Shown here one piece after another: positions 39,535-47,729 of a stretch of DNA of 54,641 nucleotides. The DNA is from Vulcanimicrobiaceae bacterium (GTDB lineage: Bacteria; Vulcanimicrobiota; Vulcanimicrobiia; Vulcanimicrobiales; Vulcanimicrobiaceae), in NCBI GenBank assembly GCA_035656415.1, contig DASRSM010000116.1, positions 1-54,641 of the forward strand, in the 5' to 3' direction. The position numbers and the translations under genes were made by a program. Each line of letters begins with the position of its first letter. Positions within the stretch are counted from its first letter, which is position 1. Below the pieces are notes generated by a model. The model worked only from the letters and a program-made list of their open reading frames with translations, was not told the DNA's origin and made no database searches.

Positions 39535-40151
39535 ACTATCTCGCCGAACATCCCGGGCGAGTCGCCGCGCTCGCGATCGCGCACGTGGAGCTCGTTGCCG
39601 CCGCGATGATCGTTGCGTGCGCGATCGCATTTCCGCTGGGCATGCTTGCCGCGCGCCGTCCGCGCGTCGCATCGTTGCTGCTCGGAGCCCTGGGCGCGTT
39701 GTACACGATTCCCAGCCTCGCGCTGCTGGCCGTGCTCGTGCAGGTTTTCGGACTCGGGCCGGTACCGATCTTTGTGGCGCTGGTGCTCTACGCGCAGTTC
39801 ATGCTGGCGCGCAACGTGGTTGCCGGCATCAACGGCGTCGATCGCGCGCAAGTCGACGCCGCGTGCGGTTTGGGAATGTCGCCGTCGCAAGTCCTCGCTC
39901 GCGTGGAAGTTCCGCAAGCGCTCCCGGTGATGATCGGCGGCGTTCGCGTAGCCGCCATCGCCGCGATCGCAATCGCGACGCTGGGCGGCTATGTCGGTAC
40001 GAGCGGCTTAGGCGTGCTGATCTTTAACGGTCTGACGCTGCATCAATCCTCGATGATCGTGGCCGGAAGCCTTGCCGCGTCGATACTTGCAATCGTCGTC
40101 GACGCACTCTTACGCCTCGTCGAACGGCGCGCGCGCAACGCTTTGGGTTGA
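39531..40151 (+). CDS. ABC permease, Opu type (second membrane subunit)
   Basis: 206 aa. GTG start overlaps the ATPase stop (GTGA). OpuCD-like. Confidence 0.88.
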   Translation: MNYLAEHPGRVAALAIAHVELVAAAMIVACAIAFPLGMLAARRPRVASLLLGALGALYTIPSLALLAVLVQVFGLGPVPIFVALVLYAQFMLARNVVAGINGVDRAQVDAACGLGMSPSQVLARVEVPQALPVMIGGVRVAAIAAIAIATLGGYVGTSGLGVLIFNGLTLHQSSMIVAGSLAASILAIVVDALLRLVERRARNALG

Positions 40152-41266
40152 GGCTCCTTACCTAAGAATAGCGCGGCTTGGAGATATGCCAGCGTGCTTT
40201 CGGCACCCATGTTGAGATTCAAACCGTTCTGCCTCAGTCCGTCGAAGCACGAGCCGACGTCTTCGTCGGCTAACGCAAGGCCTGCGACGTTATTGCCGAT
40301 GAACCAATCGAAGGCAACTCGGGCATCTTGACGATACGACGAATCGTTCTCCCAGCGTTGCGCCGCAAGGAACATGTCGACCATGGCAGCCGCTTCGAGC
40401 GGCTGCTGATCGTAGACCGGTCGCTCGCCGCCTTTGCGATACCAGCCCGGCGCGCCGATCGGCACGAACATGTCCGCCGGCTGCGTTACTTCCATCAAGA
40501 ATTGCATCGACGCAAGTCCGGTCTCGGCAAACGACGGTTCGTGCAGGGCCGAAGCGGCGCGCAGCATCGCTTCGGGCAACCGCGCGTTGTCGTAGGTGAG
40601 CTCCGGTTCCCACCACATCCAATCAGGTTGTGCGGTGCGCAGGAACTCGAACCGCATCGAGGCGGCCATCGCGTAGAGCGTCTCGCGCGCCCACTGCCGC
40701 ACGTCGGCATCGCCGGCGCGCTCGCGGACGGGCCGCACGGGCGAGGCTGCGTCGGGATCGACGATCGCAGCGAGACCGAGCATTGCGTAGGCCATCGCGC
40801 GCGTCGACGTCAGCGCGCCGACCGCGTGCGAGATCTTCGCAAGCTGTTGCCAGGAGGCGTCACGCCAGCGAGCGTCGACCGCGCACGTCGCGGTCACGCC
40901 GAGCGCCCAGATCAATCGTCCGACCGATTCGGGCGACGCGCACTCGTCGACGAACGTACCGTCGCGATCCATTACGTTGTGATAGCACGGCGCTTCGCGC
41001 GAGGCGTCGGCAAAGAACTCGATGCAGATGTCGCCCATGCGCTGCGCCACCGGATCGGGCTGACCCTCACGTAAGTACGCAACTGCGACCAGCAACGCGC
41101 GTGCGTTATCGTCGAGACAGAAACCCGAATCGAGATCGGGCGTACGCCCCTTAGTAAACTGAATGATGCCGTGATCGCCCATGAGCCGATTGAAATGCGT
41201 CAAGGAGGGTAGCAACGGCTCGTTAAGGACGCGCATCCGCTCGAAGGGCACCGAATGCTGTTCCAT
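40043..41266 (-). CDS. hypothetical protein, possibly (alpha/alpha)-barrel / six-hairpin-glycosidase-like
   Basis: 407-aa ORF, helical-repeat-looking soluble sequence (..DDNARALLVAVAYL.., ..YDNARLPEAML..). The last ~35 aa are basic and overlap the converging permease gene by 109 nt. Confidence 0.55.
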   Translation of the reverse strand: MEQHSVPFERMRVLNEPLLPSLTHFNRLMGDHGIIQFTKGRTPDLDSGFCLDDNARALLVAVAYLREGQPDPVAQRMGDICIEFFADASREAPCYHNVMDRDGTFVDECASPESVGRLIWALGVTATCAVDARWRDASWQQLAKISHAVGALTSTRAMAYAMLGLAAIVDPDAASPVRPVRERAGDADVRQWARETLYAMAASMRFEFLRTAQPDWMWWEPELTYDNARLPEAMLRAASALHEPSFAETGLASMQFLMEVTQPADMFVPIGAPGWYRKGGERPVYDQQPLEAAAMVDMFLAAQRWENDSSYRQDARVAFDWFIGNNVAGLALADEDVGSCFDGLRQNGLNLNMGAESTLAYLQAALFLGKEPQPKALRARRSTRRKSASTTIASIDAARLPATIIED

Positions 41267-41318
41267 TGGGGCTCGTTACCCGCACTGTTCACACCATGAA
41301 ACGCATCGGGGCGCTCGC

Positions 41319-41621
41319 TTAGATGGTTGAAGCGATCGCCTGCTTGATTTTCCCGATGGCGGGCTCGTCGCGCTTATAAAACGTCCATTGCTTGATGCGC
41401 TTGGCTTCGAGCAGCCCGGCACGAACGAGGACCTTGAGATGCTCGCTGGCCGTTGGCTGGCTCACGCCCAGCTTTTCCGCGATGAAGACGCCGCAGACGC
41501 CGTCCTTAACCAGATCGCCGTCGACTTGGGGCGGAAAATGCGCACGCGGATCCTTGAGCCAGTCGAGAATCTGCAGGCGGCGGTCGTTGGCCAAGGCTCG
41601 CAAAGCGAGCTCTATAGGCAT
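41319..41621 (-). CDS. ArsR/SmtB-family transcriptional regulator
   Basis: 100 aa. ..LANDRRLQILDWL...IAEKLGVSQPTASEHLKVLVRAGLL.. Confidence 0.9.
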   Translation of the reverse strand: MPIELALRALANDRRLQILDWLKDPRAHFPPQVDGDLVKDGVCGVFIAEKLGVSQPTASEHLKVLVRAGLLEAKRIKQWTFYKRDEPAIGKIKQAIASTI

Positions 41622-41643
41622 ATTGCCATTTTGCTAAATGCCT
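41616..41643. promoter_or_regulatory. candidate ArsR operator (imperfect palindrome AGGCAT-N16-ATGCCT) in an AT-rich divergent control region
   Basis: AGGCATATTGCCATTTTGCTAAATGCCT. The arms contain the CAT of the ArsR start and the first ATG of the dehydratase ORF. It is locally AT-rich in a GC-rich genome. Confidence 0.4.
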
Positions 41644-42579
41644 AATAGAATGTCAAGCATGGCAACGCAAATGCAAACTATCGGACGCCCCGGCGTCGTC
41701 GAGACGGCAGAACGCATCGGGCCGTACGTGCGCCGCACGCCCGTGATGGAACTGGACGGCGTCGCGCTCAAGCTCGAACTGCTGCAGCACGCGGGCTCGT
41801 TCAAAGCGCGCGGCGCGTTTTCGAATCTTCTCTCGCGCGACGTACCGGCGGCCGGCGTCGCGGCCGCGTCCGGCGGCAATCACGGCGCGGCGGTCGCATA
41901 CGCGGCGATGCGCCTCGGCCATCCCGCCCGCATCTTCGTACCGAGCGTTTCATCGGCGCCAAAAGTCGCGCGCATTCGTGCGTACGGAGCCGAGCTCGTC
42001 ATCACCGGCGATCGCTACGCCGATACGATCGCGGCGTGCGAATCGTACGTTGCCGAAAGCGGCGCGCTTTCCGTGCACGCGTTCGATCAAGTCGAAACGA
42101 TTTTAGGCACCGGTACGCTCGGGTGCGAGATCGAGGAACAGATTTCCGGCGTGACGACGGTGCTCGTACCGATCGGCGGCGGCGGATTGATCGCCGGAAT
42201 CGCCGCGTGGTTTGCAGATACGCCCGTGCACGTCGTCGGCGTCGAGCCCGAAGGCGCGCCCACGCTCACGTACGCGTTGCAGGCGGGGCGGCCGGTCGAC
42301 GCACCCGCCGGAAGTATTGCCAACGATTCGCTCGCGCCCGCGCGCGTCGGCAACTTGGTCTTTCCGATCGCGCAACGTTTCGTCGACGGCGTCGTCCTCG
42401 TGAGTGACGACGATATCCTCGCCGCGCAGCGCCACTTGTGGCATCACGCGACCCTCGTTGCCGAGCCGGGCGGAGCGGCCGCGCTCGCAGCAATTTTAGC
42501 GAAGCGCTACGTGCCGCGCGACGACGAACGCGTCTGCGTTCTCGTTAGCGGCGGCAACAGCGCGGCGGTGAACTTCTGA
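41638..42579 (+). CDS. PLP-dependent threonine/serine dehydratase family enzyme
   Basis: 313 aa. PLP-lysine motif GSFKARGA. Fold-type II sequence. The true start may be ATG 41650, 41659 or 41671. Confidence 0.83.
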   Translation: MPNRMSSMATQMQTIGRPGVVETAERIGPYVRRTPVMELDGVALKLELLQHAGSFKARGAFSNLLSRDVPAAGVAAASGGNHGAAVAYAAMRLGHPARIFVPSVSSAPKVARIRAYGAELVITGDRYADTIAACESYVAESGALSVHAFDQVETILGTGTLGCEIEEQISGVTTVLVPIGGGGLIAGIAAWFADTPVHVVGVEPEGAPTLTYALQAGRPVDAPAGSIANDSLAPARVGNLVFPIAQRFVDGVVLVSDDDILAAQRHLWHHATLVAEPGGAAALAAILAKRYVPRDDERVCVLVSGGNSAAVNF

Positions 42580-43685
42580 TGCAACTAAAACCTTTTGCAC
42601 TCGACATGTGGCTGGACGACTACGCTCGCAGAGTCGATTTCAATCTCGCGGCGAGCACGGGACCGGAGTGGACGGCGAACGGCATCCTCGATCTGGCCGG
42701 TGAGGAAGAACGCGAACGGTATCTGCACCACACGCTAACGTACGGACGTGCGGCCGGCGCCGACGGTCTGCGCGTTGCAATCGCCGAGATGCACGCCGTC
42801 GATCCCGAGTGCGTGCAGATCGTGGCTGGAGCCTCCGAAGCGCTCCTCATCTTGTTCTGGATCGCCGCGGAGCCGGGAGCGAACGTCATTCTGCCGCAGC
42901 CGGGCTTCCCGCCGTTCGCAACGCTTCCTCAATCCCTTGGACTAGAAACGCGCTTCTATCGAATACGGCGCGAGAGCGCGTTTCAAATCGATCCTGCCGA
43001 AATCGAGGCGCTTACCGATCGCAATACCAAGCTCGTTCTGGTCAATACCCCGCACAACCCAACCGGGGCAACGATGAGCGATGCCGCGATGGAACGTTTA
43101 CACGCATTTACCGCATCGCGCGGTGTGGTGCTGGTCAGCGACGAGGTCTACCACCCGATCTATCACGGAGCCGCAACGCAATCCGCCGCGAGATTACCCA
43201 ACGCTACCGTCATAAGCGATTGTTCGAAGGCGTTTCCGCTTGCCGGAACGCGCACCGGCTGGATCGTCGAGCGCGATCGAACCCGCCTCGAAGCGTACAA
43301 GAACGCGCGTTGCCATTTTTCGGTATCGAACAACTCGGCCGGAGAAATCCTGGCGGAGATCGCCGTGCGCGCTCGGGACAAAATTTGGCGTAGGACGCAA
43401 GAAGTCGCAAGCCGCAATCTCGACACGCTCGAAGCGTTCATGGCGGATCGCCGCGATACGTTCGGCTGGATTAGACCGAACGGCGGGATGACGGCATTTC
43501 CATGGCTGCTCTCGGGCGAAGACGCACGGCCGTTCTGCCGCGCTGCTGCCGAGATCGGCGTGCTTCTTGCACCCGGAGATTGCTTCGATGCGCCGGAGCA
43601 CGTTCGCCTCGGTTTCGCCGCTGAAGAGCACCGGTTCGCCGACGCGCTCGACCGGTTAGCCAGCGCGGCGGTGAACTTCGCATGA
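42579..43685 (+). CDS. PLP-dependent aminotransferase (class I/II)
   Basis: 368 aa. ..NTPHNPTG.. and the PLP-lysine region SDCSKAFPLAGTRTGW. The start shares 1 nt with the dehydratase stop. Confidence 0.83.
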   Translation: MQLKPFALDMWLDDYARRVDFNLAASTGPEWTANGILDLAGEEERERYLHHTLTYGRAAGADGLRVAIAEMHAVDPECVQIVAGASEALLILFWIAAEPGANVILPQPGFPPFATLPQSLGLETRFYRIRRESAFQIDPAEIEALTDRNTKLVLVNTPHNPTGATMSDAAMERLHAFTASRGVVLVSDEVYHPIYHGAATQSAARLPNATVISDCSKAFPLAGTRTGWIVERDRTRLEAYKNARCHFSVSNNSAGEILAEIAVRARDKIWRRTQEVASRNLDTLEAFMADRRDTFGWIRPNGGMTAFPWLLSGEDARPFCRAAAEIGVLLAPGDCFDAPEHVRLGFAAEEHRFADALDRLASAAVNFA

Positions 43686-44026
43686 TCGAGCGCATCGAAC
43701 CGGGACCGCGCATGAGCAAAGCCGTCGTTCACAACGGTACGGTTTATACGGCCGGACAAGTCGCCGGCGATACCAGTGCCGACGCCGCCGGACAAACGCA
43801 GCAAATCCTCGCAAAGATCGACGGCATACTCGCGGCGGCGGGATCCGATAAGTCGCGCGTGCTTTATGCGACCGTGTGGCTTGCGGATATTGCGTCGTAC
43901 GACGCGATGAACGCGGTTTGGGACGCGTGGATCGCTCCCGGTAACGCACCGGCACGAGCGACCGCCGAAGCGCGCCTTGCGGGACCGCAGTACGCCGTCG
44001 AGATCGCAGTCATCGCTGCGAAGTAA
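43682..44026 (+). CDS. RidA/YjgF-family (Rid) protein
   Basis: 114 aa. ..VVHNGTVYTAGQVA...QTQQILAKIDGILAAAGSDKSRVL...PARATAEARLA..VEIAVIA. The start overlaps the aminotransferase stop (ATGA). Confidence 0.83.
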   Translation: MIERIEPGPRMSKAVVHNGTVYTAGQVAGDTSADAAGQTQQILAKIDGILAAAGSDKSRVLYATVWLADIASYDAMNAVWDAWIAPGNAPARATAEARLAGPQYAVEIAVIAAK

Positions 44027-44032
44027 GCGGTG

Positions 44033-44659
44033 CTACCAGAACAAAACGTTCGGCGAGTGCGGCTTCAGCCACACGATCAAATCCCACTGCGTGGGAAACT
44101 CGAAGATCGTCGTGACGATGTTCGCGTCGGGAATGCGCCCGGCTTTGACGAGGATCTGCGGAGAGGGGTGGGCCAAGTCGCCGCCGGCTTTCGTGAAATC
44201 GTCGTTCCAGATCCACATGTCGTAGGCGAGTTTCTGCGTTTGGGGATCCTTGACGACGTAATGCACGTGGCCGTTGAACTCGAACCAACGGCACGGCTGA
44301 ACGCCCCATAAACTCGGTCGCGGTTCTCCGTTGGGGCGCGGCACCGAAAAATCTGCGCCCATGAGATCGCCGTTCGCGTCGTACCAAAGCTGGCTGGGGT
44401 GTGTCGGATCGGCGTTCCACTTTTGGTCCGCATAACTGATCGCCCCGGTGTCGTCGGGTTTGGTATAGCGAACGTAGCCGGCTTTTTCGGCGTCGGCGGC
44501 GTGCGGAAACCGCGCTTGAATGTCCTTCTGGACCGATCCGACGAACGACGCTTCCGACGCCGTCAGCGGTCCTTTGCAGCTCGCTATTTCGTCGGCGCTT
44601 GCGATTCCGGCACAGGCCAAGAAGGCCGTCACGACCAGAGCGATGGTGTGCTTATTCAT
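44033..44659 (-). CDS. secreted hypothetical protein (Trp-rich)
   Basis: 208 aa. Signal peptide MNKHTIALVVTAFLACAGIASA/DE. No family recognised. Confidence 0.6.
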   Translation of the reverse strand: MNKHTIALVVTAFLACAGIASADEIASCKGPLTASEASFVGSVQKDIQARFPHAADAEKAGYVRYTKPDDTGAISYADQKWNADPTHPSQLWYDANGDLMGADFSVPRPNGEPRPSLWGVQPCRWFEFNGHVHYVVKDPQTQKLAYDMWIWNDDFTKAGGDLAHPSPQILVKAGRIPDANIVTTIFEFPTQWDLIVWLKPHSPNVLFW

Positions 44660-44719
44660 TGCGGCAGATCCCCCGCGGACCGGAACGGTCCGGGAATGCA
44701 GTTTGTGACCGCGTGCCGC

Positions 44720-45736
44720 CTATTTCGGCGAGAGCAGCTGCTCGATGGTGCATTGGCGCGGCGATTTGTCGGGTCGCCAGCGCAACAAGCGCGCGGCGTG
44801 ACGAAACCGGTGCCCGGTCACGTGATCGAACGACACTTCGACGACGATCTTCGGTTCGACCGGAAACCACTCGCTTTCTTCCGCGCCTTTGCGCCAGCGA
44901 CTGGGACCGCCGGGGATCGCGCGCGTAAAACTGCGTTCCGCGACGAGCGGACGCAACAGCTCGCCGGCACGTTTGCGATCGGCTGCGTTCATGCTTCCTA
45001 CGAAGCCGACGTGATCGAGCTCCTTGCCGTCGTAGAGGCCGAGCAAGAGCGAGGCAATCGTGCCGGTCTTGCCGCCGCGAAATCCGCCGATCACGCAATC
45101 GGCGGTGTACGTGCGTTTGATTTTCGACGCGGCGTCGCGACTTCCGAAGGCGTAGGACAAATCGGCTCGCTTTGCGATAACGCCGTCGAGACGCGCGACG
45201 TCGCCGGCAAGCCAGTGACGCGCGAGCTCGACGTCGTCGGTCGCCGGCGACAGCACGATCGAGGATCGCGCTTTGAGATAGCGCGACGCAAACGCCTCGA
45301 GCCGTTCGCGACGCTCCTGCAGCGATAGCTCGTATACGGTCGCGTTCTGGGCGTCGACGAGCAGATCGAAGACGGTATACGTCACCGGCGTTTCGCGAGC
45401 CAGCATGCGCACGCGGCTTTCGGCCGGATGGATGCGCTGCAGCAGCGCATCGAAGTCGAACCCGCCGTCGCTTTGAATGAAGATCTCGCCGTCGAGCACG
45501 AACTTCTGTGCCTCGAGCGCGAGCAGCGCGCCCGCGAGTTCGGGGAAGTAGCGCGTGAGCGACTGTCCCGATTTCGATTCGAGCTCGACGTCGCCGCCCT
45601 CGCGAAACGCTACGCAGCGAAAACCGTCCCATTTCGGTTCGTATTGCCAACGCTCGCCTTCGGGAAGTCGCGGCACTTGGCGCGTCTCCATCGGCTCGAT
45701 CGGCGGACGTAACGCCAAACCCTCAAACCTCGACAT
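44720..45736 (-). CDS. ATP-dependent DNA ligase (LigD ligase-domain / LigC type)
   Basis: 338 aa. Adenylation motif I EPKWDGFR. ..LDGVIAKR.. motif. OB-fold C-terminus. Confidence 0.9.
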   Translation of the reverse strand: MSRFEGLALRPPIEPMETRQVPRLPEGERWQYEPKWDGFRCVAFREGGDVELESKSGQSLTRYFPELAGALLALEAQKFVLDGEIFIQSDGGFDFDALLQRIHPAESRVRMLARETPVTYTVFDLLVDAQNATVYELSLQERRERLEAFASRYLKARSSIVLSPATDDVELARHWLAGDVARLDGVIAKRADLSYAFGSRDAASKIKRTYTADCVIGGFRGGKTGTIASLLLGLYDGKELDHVGFVGSMNAADRKRAGELLRPLVAERSFTRAIPGGPSRWRKGAEESEWFPVEPKIVVEVSFDHVTGHRFRHAARLLRWRPDKSPRQCTIEQLLSPK

Positions 45737-46835
45737 CGTTCACCCCGAGCTTGCGAGCCAGCGCAATCACATCGAAACGCCCGGGCTTCTGCTCGAGCCG
45801 CGCCCACAGATCGCCGACGCGTTCGATACGCTCCGGAACGTTCGCCATCGTAAAATCCGCCGGCGCGCAGCCCGCTTCGACTTCCTTCCATTCCAGCGGA
45901 GTCGACACCATCGCTTCCTCGTTGGGACGCACGGAGTAGATCGACGCGAGCGTGCGGCCGAACGAGTTTTGATTGTAGTCGAGCAAAACGCGGCCGCGTG
46001 GCCGTTTTGCGACCCGATATTCGACGATGAGCAAATCGTCGTGCGCTTTGGCGATCGCGTGGGAAAGCGCCTTGGCGACGGCCCAGACGCCGTGCTGCGT
46101 CGGACCGCGTTTGATCGCGACGTAGACGTGCATGCCTTTGCTGCCGGTGGTCTTCACGTACGGCGTCATGCCCAGCGACGCGAACACGTCTCGCACGACG
46201 AGCGCCGCCTCGCGAACCGCTTCGAAGGGCGCGTCGAACGGATCGAGATCGATGTGCAGGTAGTCGGGGTGGTTGTAGTCGGCGCACGGCGCGTACCACG
46301 GGTTGAGATCGATGCACCCGAGGTTGATCACCCAGAGCAGCGCTGCCTCGTCGTCGATGATCGGGAAGTTGATCACGTTACCCGAGCCGTGCTCGATCGC
46401 GCACGTTTTGATCCACTCCGGGCGCGGCGACGGCGCGCGCTTCATGAAAAAGAAATCGCCGGTTGCGCCGTTCGGATAGCGTTTCATCACCATTGCCTTG
46501 CCGCGGACGTGCGGCAACAGCGCCGGAGCGACGCGCAGGTAATAGCGCAGCAGATCGCCCTTGGTCAGCCCCAGCTTCGGGAAAAAGATTTTGTTGAGGT
46601 TCGTCAGTCCGACGTCGCGTCCGCCGGCTCGAACGGTTGCGTCGTTCGGACCGCTCGGAACGATCGAGGCGTCGTTCGCCAGTCTAGACTCGGACCAAAA
46701 GATTGACGCTAAATCTGCGCGCGCGGTCCGTCCACGACGTCGTCGCTTTAAAACCGGCGGCTTCCGCGATGTTTGCGATGTCGGTCCGCCCGAACTTATA
46801 CGCGGACTCGGTGTGAATCGGCTCGCCGGCGGCAA
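45723..46835 (-). CDS. NHEJ primase-polymerase (LigD Pol/AEP domain protein); start uncertain
   Basis: AEP motifs HIDLDP, TTGSKGMHVYV and LLDYNQN..YSVRP. The only ATG/GTG/TTG in frame (46835) lies 150 nt inside the upstream gene. A CTG at 46682-46680 lies 1 nt after that gene's stop. Confidence 0.82.
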   Translation of the reverse strand: MPPASRFTPSPRISSGGPTSQTSRKPPVLKRRRRGRTARADLASIFWSESRLANDASIVPSGPNDATVRAGGRDVGLTNLNKIFFPKLGLTKGDLLRYYLRVAPALLPHVRGKAMVMKRYPNGATGDFFFMKRAPSPRPEWIKTCAIEHGSGNVINFPIIDDEAALLWVINLGCIDLNPWYAPCADYNHPDYLHIDLDPFDAPFEAVREAALVVRDVFASLGMTPYVKTTGSKGMHVYVAIKRGPTQHGVWAVAKALSHAIAKAHDDLLIVEYRVAKRPRGRVLLDYNQNSFGRTLASIYSVRPNEEAMVSTPLEWKEVEAGCAPADFTMANVPERIERVGDLWARLEQKPGRFDVIALARKLGVNDVEV

Positions 46836-47685
46836 ACTCGACGTCGAGCTTCATCGCCTCGATGCGGACCTTCGCCGCGTCCCGCGCGACCAAGTTGGCC
46901 TTGATGGCGCCGCACGCTTCGTCGTAGTGTGCGCGGTAGTCGAAGTTCCTCACGTCGAAGTTCGCACCGAGCTCGCGGTTCATGCGCGCGAGCAAGTTCC
47001 GGTTGAACGCGGCGGTAACGCCAGCAGGATCGTCGTAGGCCAGTTCCAGGACCTTGGGATCTTTCTTGAGATCCATGCCGATCAGTACGCCGTCACCCGG
47101 GCGCAGCGCGTCGCGCAGCAGCGAAAGGATTGCGGCGGCTCGATCGGGTTCGTAGTTGCCGATGTTGGATCCCATGAACATCGCGAGAACGCGACGGTCG
47201 AAACGCATCGCGCGCGATGCCAGAACGTCGAAATAGTCGCCCGCGTACGCGCGTACGGATAACCCGGGATACGCATCGACCAGCGCCATCGACGACGCGC
47301 GCAGCGCTTCGGTCGAGATGTCGATCGGGCTGTAACGCATTCGGCCTTGGACGCGCAGCGCTTCACCGATGAGCAGCCGCGTTTTGACGGCGCTGCCGCT
47401 TCCGAGCTCGAGAAAATCGATCGGAGCGTCGAGCACGCGCACCATCTGCCAACCCCACTCGCGTAAGATCTCCGTTTCGGCGCGCGTGAGATAGTACTCG
47501 GGCAACACCGTAATGGCATCGAAGAGCGCCGAGCCGACTTCGTCGTAGAGATATTTCGACGAGAGCCGCTTGGGCGAAGCCGTTAGGCCCGCAGCGACGT
47601 CTTGAGCGAACGTCGGAGCGCCCTTCGTTTGAGGCACTTCGATTAGGTCGAAGCGGTCTGAGACCGCGGTGATGGGGCCGCGCAT
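46684..47685 (-). CDS. EgtD-family SAM-dependent amino-acid N-alpha-methyltransferase (histidine trimethyltransferase-like)
   Basis: 333 aa. ..SPKRLSSKYLYDEVGSALFDAITVLPEYYLTRAETEIL...FLELGSGSAVKT...MGSNIGNY... is typical of EgtD/Methyltransf_33. Confidence 0.82.
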   Translation of the reverse strand: MRGPITAVSDRFDLIEVPQTKGAPTFAQDVAAGLTASPKRLSSKYLYDEVGSALFDAITVLPEYYLTRAETEILREWGWQMVRVLDAPIDFLELGSGSAVKTRLLIGEALRVQGRMRYSPIDISTEALRASSMALVDAYPGLSVRAYAGDYFDVLASRAMRFDRRVLAMFMGSNIGNYEPDRAAAILSLLRDALRPGDGVLIGMDLKKDPKVLELAYDDPAGVTAAFNRNLLARMNRELGANFDVRNFDYRAHYDEACGAIKANLVARDAAKVRIEAMKLDVEFAAGEPIHTESAYKFGRTDIANIAEAAGFKATTSWTDRARRFSVNLLVRV

Positions 47686-47729
47686 AGTCCTCTTCCTAAT
47701 ACCCCAATCCCCGGCGAGGTTTCAAGCCC

